The position numbers and the translations under genes are program-made. A stretch of DNA of 42,831 bases from an uncultured Gammaproteobacteria bacterium (GTDB lineage: Bacteria > Patescibacteriota > Patescibacteriia > Patescibacteriales > UBA12465). Every line of letters starts with the position of its first letter. Position 1 is the first letter of the stretch. Positions 1 through 6,435 of this stretch are shown piece after piece. The DNA lies in NCBI GenBank assembly GCA_964351585.1, contig CAYGOK010000003.1:10043-52873 (forward strand). Direction: 5' to 3'. The notes under the pieces were generated by a model. It was not told the DNA's origin and searched no databases. It saw only the letters and a list, made by a program, of their open reading frames with translations.

Positions 1-629
1 CTCACTTCTTCAATCTTGCCAATTCTTTTTAAATCACGAACAATCATCGCCTTTAGGCTGCCGCAAAATAATCCAGCTGGGCAATCGCTATCAACTACGC
101 AATTCTTAGGTTCTTTAAGTAAACAAGTACCATTAGTTAGCGAGCAGGCCTGATTAGAAGGACATTCGGAGTCCTGTGCACACTTGGTTACCGAGATAGA
201 GCAGGTTGATACCTGGGAAGATAAATTATCATTAAACTTCCAATGAGAAATAATCTGTCCCAAAATATCGGTAGTCATGCTGCTAGAATCTTGATTATAT
301 GAAATCAGATAAATATTGGTATAGATTACTTTTTGAGCCGGGTCAACGTGGGCGGCATTTATATAAACTGTACGTCCATCGCGTAATGCTTCATAGCCAT
401 CAACAGTTAGGGCCTGAGGTGCTCCAGAAAAACCCTGGCTCTGATACCAGCGGTAAACACTGTAGTGGTTGGGATTAGGAATGATACGAATACCAATCGC
501 ATCACTCTCTGTTGTGGGCTGTGCAGCAACGGGATTGTCAGAAGAAAGCAAAACCCCGAAAAGCAAAAGGGCGGTAACAGCCACTAGGCCGACTAACCCT
601 TTCAATTTATTAAATTCTTGATTGACCAT
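1..629 (-). CDS. Secreted Cys-containing protein, N-terminal part only (3' end runs off the left edge); third gene of the surface-protein cluster
   Basis: Not in the ORF track because it is open-ended. My translation from ATG at 629-627: MVNQEFNKLKGLVGLVAVTALLLFGVLLSSDNPVAAQPTTESD...CSISVTKCAQDSECPSNQACSLTNGTCLLKEPKNCVVDSDCPAGLFCGS... The frame stays open to position 1. It has a hydrophobic signal/anchor followed by CxxxxC-type Cys spacing. It starts 10 nt downstream of the stop of the 1928-aa gene. Confidence 0.6.
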   Translation of the reverse strand, partial: MVNQEFNKLKGLVGLVAVTALLLFGVLLSSDNPVAAQPTTESDAIGIRIIPNPNHYSVYRWYQSQGFSGAPQALTVDGYEALRDGRTVYINAAHVDPAQKVIYTNIYLISYNQDSSSMTTDILGQIISHWKFNDNLSSQVSTCSISVTKCAQDSECPSNQACSLTNGTCLLKEPKNCVVDSDCPAGLFCGSLKAMIVRDLKRIGKIEEV

Positions 630-639
630 AAAGAAAAAA

Positions 640-3600
640 TTATCTAACCACACAAGCGCCTGCGACACAAACTTGATTATCGGCACAGGTTATCTTGGAA
701 ATTGTTATTTCATTTGATTTTGCACTTTCATTGCCGGCTGCATCTAAGGCGGATAAAGCAAAGTAATTATCGCCACTACTTAATTGACCAGCGGATAAAG
801 TTAAAGCAGTTGCCCCCTGTTCAGAGTCAAAGGATTCTCCGTATAAAGTGCTACGCGTGCCTCGATAGAGACGAAACGAGGAAGCACTAGTATCGGTGCT
901 CGTCCAATTAAAGCGATAGGAATCACATTTGTTGATTGAAGTTAAGTTAGCCGGAGCTAAAGGCGCCGTTTGATCTGTCGGCGTGGCTGACTTAGTATTA
1001 CTCAACGTACTTTCCGTACGATTGTTAGAAATAACGGAAACACGGAAAGAATATGGTTGATTATTTTTTAAGCCAGAAATAGTGGCAGCGCAAGCAAATT
1101 CTGATCCACCCCAATCACAAGCATCGGCTGCTGTAAACTCTCTAGAAACAGTCGCTGATTTTCCAGTCTCACCATAATAAATTTTAAAACCAACTGACTG
1201 AGCGCTACTGGATTTCCATTCAACTAAAATCTCTCCTCCTGTTTTTTTATCAGTGGCCGCCGTTACTTCTCCGGCTGGCAAAACTGCCTCTCTAAAGAAA
1301 TATGATTCTTTAAGAACGTTCCAAACACAGATGCCATCAGGTAAGCCGTCGCCGTTACGATCATCTCCACAAGAAGAGCCAGCGGCTGAACAAACTGAGC
1401 CATCAGAGCTACAAGCTAAATTAGTGCTCTGTCCTCTAATAACAGCTCTATCAATAATTGCCGGCAAATCATCAAATGTGCCAGGCTGGCCGGCGTCGCG
1501 ACAATAATAAAACTTATAACTAAAGTCCGTGCAAGGCCCACCTAAAGCACCGGTACAGGTATCTGTCCACGGAAACCAGGTGCCATCAATATTAACTGGT
1601 GGCCAAGGATTATTACAAACAAAGACATAGATATTGCTCGCACTAGAAGAATCGTCACCCGTAGAAAAAGCATTGGCACAATTAGCTGTACACTTATCAT
1701 CAGCGCAGACACAGCTTGGACTATAATCTGGATTACTAAGGAAGCGCTCCATGCTAACAGTCGCTGTTAATTTTGTTTCTCCATCAGTAACGCCATTTGC
1801 CGCCGCAACAAAAGCACGATTCATTTCTAAACCATTAACATTAGCAATGGTCACGACTGCGGTATCAAGGACGTTGAAATTCCAGTCCCAGAAATATCCA
1901 GTTACCGGATGCAAAACTTGGCTATCCGCACTAAGCGCCCAAGCAGCAAATACCTTGTCTTTATCTTGAATGGTGTCAAAAGTCTTGTCTAATGGGTTAT
2001 CATCTTTTTCAGCCAAGCTATTATCGGTAGTCTTAAATAAATAAGATACAGGCAACAATCTTACTTGACTGATAGCGCAGACACCAGAATTTTCAGCCTT
2101 ATCAGAAAGTGTTTTAAACTGAATGATATGAGAATTTTTATAATATGTAGTATTAAAAGCTAAGCTTGCCCCCTCAGTTCCGTCCAGGCCCGTTCCATTA
2201 AAGCCAATTCCCTCAATATTAGTTACCCCCAATTGACTATTCAGTTCTTCGTCACCCTTAACAACTAGAAAATAATTGGTATCTGGAGACATTAACTGCC
2301 TAGGCATGACATTAGCCACTGTTCTTTGGCCAGCATGACTACCAGAAACAGCAACCGGAGAAGCACAGTATAGCTTACTAGGGTCCGGAGGGACGGCAAT
2401 CGCGCTTTCATTTTTTGGAAAAAATACGGCCACCACCTGATTCACTGACCTTCTAGCGCTCGAAAATACCCTGGCTAACCAGCCCTCTTTTTTAACTTTA
2501 CCTTCAAAATCATAGGCCATGGTTCCTGCCGGACAAACGCCAGTACCATAATCCATTTCTCTAAGTAGTAAAATATTGGAATTGAAAGTAGCAACATCCA
2601 TTAACTGATCAAAGGTAATATTTAATACTGCATTGCGACAAACATTACTAGCGCCATTAATCGGCAGAGTTTCTATTACATTCGGTCTGGCCTGACAGCA
2701 AGTATCAAAGCCGCAGCCCAATGTTTCGGCATTACCACAATCGCCATCATTCTTACAGCCACAACATAATCCGCGACTAGCACCAGAACAACTTCCTTGA
2801 TCAGCCTTACAATACAAATATGGCGCCTCGGCAGTTTTACAAGCATTAACATCAGTTGGGCTACAGCAACAAGTGCCACAATCAGAAATACCTGTAGCCG
2901 TTGCTCCGCTATCCGTCATGCAGGCCATGTTTGGAAAATTACAAATACTAAAATCACAAGTTGCCGTCATATAAGGAGAGGAGCAATTTTTTCCAGCCCC
3001 ACCATAATTGCCACCGCAACGATCTTGGCAAGTAGTTAAGCTATTGAATGTTCCGGTTGTTCTTGGGATAGCCTCGCAAGTTGCCGGATCTCCTGGAGGC
3101 GTAGCTGCTGGATCACCACAATTATAATAGGCGCAATAACCAGCATCAGCACCAGACGCAATCTGTTCTCCTCCTTGGCACTTAGAAGATGTTTGATTAA
3201 AACAACAAGAAGGAGCGGCTGAACATTCATCTTTATTACCATCAAACAAAGAACAGAAATCAACTCCCTCAGCACAGCCGGTTGTGCAAGTGTCTGTGTT
3301 TTTAAAATAACCAAGCTTAACCGGAGTTGAAGAGGCGCAAGTCGCCGGGTCAGTCGCTGAACAGTTAAAATAACCGCAATAGCCATAATCTGGACTAGCT
3401 GGATCAGAAGAAATTTCTGTGCCCGAACCACCACGACAAATATCATCATCTAAAGATGGGGTTCGTCTAGAATCAAAGCAACAAGCTGCGCTATGATCAG
3501 CACAAGTTGACTGCGTTTTTAAACCAGTACAATCTGAACAAACGCCCTGCGGATTTTCAGCGGTAATGCTGCAATATTGTCCGCCTCGACCAGCACAATT

Positions 3601-6426
3601 ACAGGCAGCGTCATGCTCAGCTTGAGTAGTGCCGACATTAGCACAACCAGAACATTGCCCTAAACCAGCGCCATCATCAGCCTGATCATTACCACAGGTA
3701 CCGGCACATTCTAAAGGAGCACAACAATCTTGAGCACTATTACCAATACGACAACAGCAATCACAACTCGGCGCGTCATAAGCAATACAACGATCAGCGG
3801 CCGCTAAATCAGGATTATCTTCGCAAACTGAACCAGCCGGACAAACCGACCTAGAAACACAACGACCATCAGTTACTACCCTTTCACAAACCAATCCATC
3901 AGTACACAAACTACAAGTTGAATTTTTATCAACACAAATATTATTTACGCCTCTCTCCCAATTATCTGGGCAAGATGTTTGAGTAGAGAATTGCCAGTTG
4001 CCCTCCTGATTACAAGCTACTGTAACCTCAATACTCTGACCACCTAAAGCAAAGGTTTTCTTTTCCGATAAACTACACAAACCATCGGCCCCAGATTTTA
4101 CGCATTTATTAATAGAGGCATCGTAAAAACAAGCTGATGGAAAAGCATTACAGCCGACTACTGAGGCACAAGAATAATCGCAACTACCTACTACTTTTTT
4201 ATTATTTCCTGCATAAGGAGAACAAACGCCGGTTGTATTTGGACAGAATGAACCAACCTGACATGCGCCAGCGTAGGCCGCTAAAGTAGCACAGCTCTCA
4301 GTTGGATCAACTACATCTTTTTTGGCATAGCCAGTACTAAAATTCCATTCAAAAACTGAAGTAGGAATATCAATTAAACAGTCACTTAAACTAGCAACGC
4401 AGCGTCCTTTCTTATAAGTATTAGCTGGACAACAAACTTGTCCGCCTTCACAATTTTCATTAGTAGTACAACTACCAACTTCAAAATTAAGCTCATTGCC
4501 CCATTCGCCATTCTTTACAACTTTAACCGGACCAGTGATAGCCCCTTCAGAAACAGCTGTTGTAATTATATCGGCACCATTTTCTTGACTGATTAAACCT
4601 GAGGTATTTTTATTAACATTAAATTGAACTAAACCATTTTGTCCAACTGACCCAAAGTATTCTCCATAAAGCTTAACGGGCGTGGACACCGCGCCCTGCT
4701 TCGGTTCAATCTTGCACAAGCTAGTCTTTAGAGATAAGGCACTATCAACATTAAAAGAATTGGGGTTAAGCTGGCTAGTATCAATTGTTCCGCTGGCCAA
4801 TTCTACACGAATATAATGATAACCATTAACAGCTGAGGCTGGGACCTTAACAATAATTTGGTTATCACTCCAGACTGAGCTAGCGCAAACTGGTGGAAAT
4901 GCGTAATCAGCTTCAGCGCTTCCAAAGTAAACTTTAGAGTTGCCACGCGCACCACCAAAGCCACTACCAATAATAGTGACGTATTGTCCGGTGCGGCCAC
5001 TATTAGGAGAAAAAGAAACAATAAAGGGCCCATCTCTAGGATCAGACTCTTTGTTAAAATATAGATAATTACTTTTTTCCTGATTACCGCCTAAAGTACT
5101 AATAACAAAACTAGTGGCTTCACCAGATCTTACATTAGGAACACCGGCTGTGCCCGATAGACCGCTGGGATGGCTAAAACCAGAGTTAAGGGCCTGAACA
5201 TTAGTCTTATAACTACCAAAATAAGCTTTACCAGAATACAAACTAATTCCTTGATAAGTCGCTATGGCTCCTAAGCCACCCTGGCTAGGAGTTAATTTAC
5301 ATAAGCCCGGCCTAACTATACTATTAGAAACAAAATCTGGCACCCTGGGACCGTATTCATCATTAGTAGCATCTTCTTTTCCGTCTTGACGAGAAATTTT
5401 AATAGCTCCATTACTGGCGCCTGAAGGAATGGCAATAATAATTTGTTTGTCACTCCAAGAATCAATACAAATTGGATTAATCTCCGAAGGACTGCGTCCT
5501 ATCTGATTTCCACCTAAGAAAACAACCTGACTTAAAACAGGATCATATTCTCCAAAACCCTGACCGAAAATTGTTAAAAAATTATCAGCAGCGCCATTAG
5601 GAGTGTTTTGATTACAGACCGTATTACAACCAGCATCAGTCTGGCAAGATTTATTAATATCTTCCTCACAAAAACCACCTACCGGGCTGATCCCGGTAAT
5701 AACTGGCGGACCAGAGCAGGTGCAAGTATCGGCATCACAAGTCAAAAACTCAGCGCACAAACTATTGTTCGCATCACAAGTCGGCGTACTCTCATCAGCA
5801 TCACAAGAATCACCAGCGGCACCACGCGGCTGACAAGTACAATCAGTCGCACAATAATCCTGAGGCGCACAAATATTATCATCTGCCTGACAACCACCTA
5901 AAATAGAATTGGAATCACAATATTTTTCTGCCGGGTAGCTCGTACAATCAGAGCCGACACAGCCTCCCCAGGAACCAGCTGTACACAACATTGCACCATT
6001 ACAACCACAGGGCCGAGTTGAGCCCTCAATACAGCCACTATCGCCGCCCGTACCACGAGTAGCGTCACTTAATCTATCTAAAACAAAAGAAGCAATTGCC
6101 CAGGACGATAAAATAATTCCTAAACCAATAACTGCGCTAACTAACAATTTTTTAGCTTTAGAAATTTTTTCTTCCTCTCCGGCTGACGTCATCCACAGAA
6201 ATCCAGCATAGATAATCAAGCCCAAGGCGATGACACCCAGTAATCCCAAAGCAACATTAATAATACGAGCAACAATAGCACGTGGATCACTAGTTGATAA
6301 TGAGCCTCCTAGACCAGACGAAACTTCATCAGTACCGAAATTTTGCGCAAAAACTAATCGAAAAGCAAACACTCCGACAAGGATTACGGCAAAAGAAGCT
6401 AGTTGTTTAAATATTCTCTTAGACAC
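640..6426 (-). CDS. Giant (1928 aa) cysteine-rich cell-surface protein: VirB2/TrbC-like pilin-type N-terminal anchor, about 4 IPT/TIG-like domains, a roughly 590-aa hyper-Cys region, an Ig-like (Big_5/SbsA-type) domain and 2 C-terminal FN3 domains
   Basis: Uninterrupted 5.8-kb ORF with an apparent GTG start at 6426. N-terminus: signal peptide (..RLVFAQ|N), then DPRAIVARIINVALGLLGVIALGLIIYAGFLWMTSAGEEEKISKAKKLLVSAVIGLGIILSSWAIASFVLDRL (two TM helices around a charged loop). IPT-like segments, e.g. GPFIVSFSPNSGRTGQYVTIIGSGFGG...IIVKVP. FN3-like segments, e.g. GEILVEWKSS..FKIYYGE..YSFRVSV and PANLTS..YRFNWTS..FRLYRG..YFALSALDAAGNES. About 126 Cys by hand count. Confidence 0.85.
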   Translation of the reverse strand: MSKRIFKQLASFAVILVGVFAFRLVFAQNFGTDEVSSGLGGSLSTSDPRAIVARIINVALGLLGVIALGLIIYAGFLWMTSAGEEEKISKAKKLLVSAVIGLGIILSSWAIASFVLDRLSDATRGTGGDSGCIEGSTRPCGCNGAMLCTAGSWGGCVGSDCTSYPAEKYCDSNSILGGCQADDNICAPQDYCATDCTCQPRGAAGDSCDADESTPTCDANNSLCAEFLTCDADTCTCSGPPVITGISPVGGFCEEDINKSCQTDAGCNTVCNQNTPNGAADNFLTIFGQGFGEYDPVLSQVVFLGGNQIGRSPSEINPICIDSWSDKQIIIAIPSGASNGAIKISRQDGKEDATNDEYGPRVPDFVSNSIVRPGLCKLTPSQGGLGAIATYQGISLYSGKAYFGSYKTNVQALNSGFSHPSGLSGTAGVPNVRSGEATSFVISTLGGNQEKSNYLYFNKESDPRDGPFIVSFSPNSGRTGQYVTIIGSGFGGARGNSKVYFGSAEADYAFPPVCASSVWSDNQIIVKVPASAVNGYHYIRVELASGTIDTSQLNPNSFNVDSALSLKTSLCKIEPKQGAVSTPVKLYGEYFGSVGQNGLVQFNVNKNTSGLISQENGADIITTAVSEGAITGPVKVVKNGEWGNELNFEVGSCTTNENCEGGQVCCPANTYKKGRCVASLSDCLIDIPTSVFEWNFSTGYAKKDVVDPTESCATLAAYAGACQVGSFCPNTTGVCSPYAGNNKKVVGSCDYSCASVVGCNAFPSACFYDASINKCVKSGADGLCSLSEKKTFALGGQSIEVTVACNQEGNWQFSTQTSCPDNWERGVNNICVDKNSTCSLCTDGLVCERVVTDGRCVSRSVCPAGSVCEDNPDLAAADRCIAYDAPSCDCCCRIGNSAQDCCAPLECAGTCGNDQADDGAGLGQCSGCANVGTTQAEHDAACNCAGRGGQYCSITAENPQGVCSDCTGLKTQSTCADHSAACCFDSRRTPSLDDDICRGGSGTEISSDPASPDYGYCGYFNCSATDPATCASSTPVKLGYFKNTDTCTTGCAEGVDFCSLFDGNKDECSAAPSCCFNQTSSKCQGGEQIASGADAGYCAYYNCGDPAATPPGDPATCEAIPRTTGTFNSLTTCQDRCGGNYGGAGKNCSSPYMTATCDFSICNFPNMACMTDSGATATGISDCGTCCCSPTDVNACKTAEAPYLYCKADQGSCSGASRGLCCGCKNDGDCGNAETLGCGFDTCCQARPNVIETLPINGASNVCRNAVLNITFDQLMDVATFNSNILLLREMDYGTGVCPAGTMAYDFEGKVKKEGWLARVFSSARRSVNQVVAVFFPKNESAIAVPPDPSKLYCASPVAVSGSHAGQRTVANVMPRQLMSPDTNYFLVVKGDEELNSQLGVTNIEGIGFNGTGLDGTEGASLAFNTTYYKNSHIIQFKTLSDKAENSGVCAISQVRLLPVSYLFKTTDNSLAEKDDNPLDKTFDTIQDKDKVFAAWALSADSQVLHPVTGYFWDWNFNVLDTAVVTIANVNGLEMNRAFVAAANGVTDGETKLTATVSMERFLSNPDYSPSCVCADDKCTANCANAFSTGDDSSSASNIYVFVCNNPWPPVNIDGTWFPWTDTCTGALGGPCTDFSYKFYYCRDAGQPGTFDDLPAIIDRAVIRGQSTNLACSSDGSVCSAAGSSCGDDRNGDGLPDGICVWNVLKESYFFREAVLPAGEVTAATDKKTGGEILVEWKSSSAQSVGFKIYYGETGKSATVSREFTAADACDWGGSEFACAATISGLKNNQPYSFRVSVISNNRTESTLSNTKSATPTDQTAPLAPANLTSINKCDSYRFNWTSTDTSASSFRLYRGTRSTLYGESFDSEQGATALTLSAGQLSSGDNYFALSALDAAGNESAKSNEITISKITCADNQVCVAGACVVR
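2931..3483 (-). repeat. Two tandem, diverged Cys-rich repeat units of about 80-92 aa inside the giant gene
   Basis: Unit 1 starts at CCFDS (3483) and unit 2 at CCFNQ (3207). Shared skeleton: CCF..C.GG...GYC.Y(F/Y)NC...DPATC...G.F...TC...C. Unit boundaries are approximate. Confidence 0.6.
6070..6426 (-). repeat. Copy 1 of the paralogous N-terminal signal peptide plus two-TM pilin-like module (see 8752-9099)
   Basis: Residues 1-119 of the 1928-aa protein align without gaps from DPRAI to LDRL with the 887-aa protein. Roughly 70% aa identity by eye, with clear nucleotide similarity (e.g. tatgc.gg.tt..tgtggatgac). Confidence 0.8.
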
Positions 6427-6435
6427 AAGTTTATA

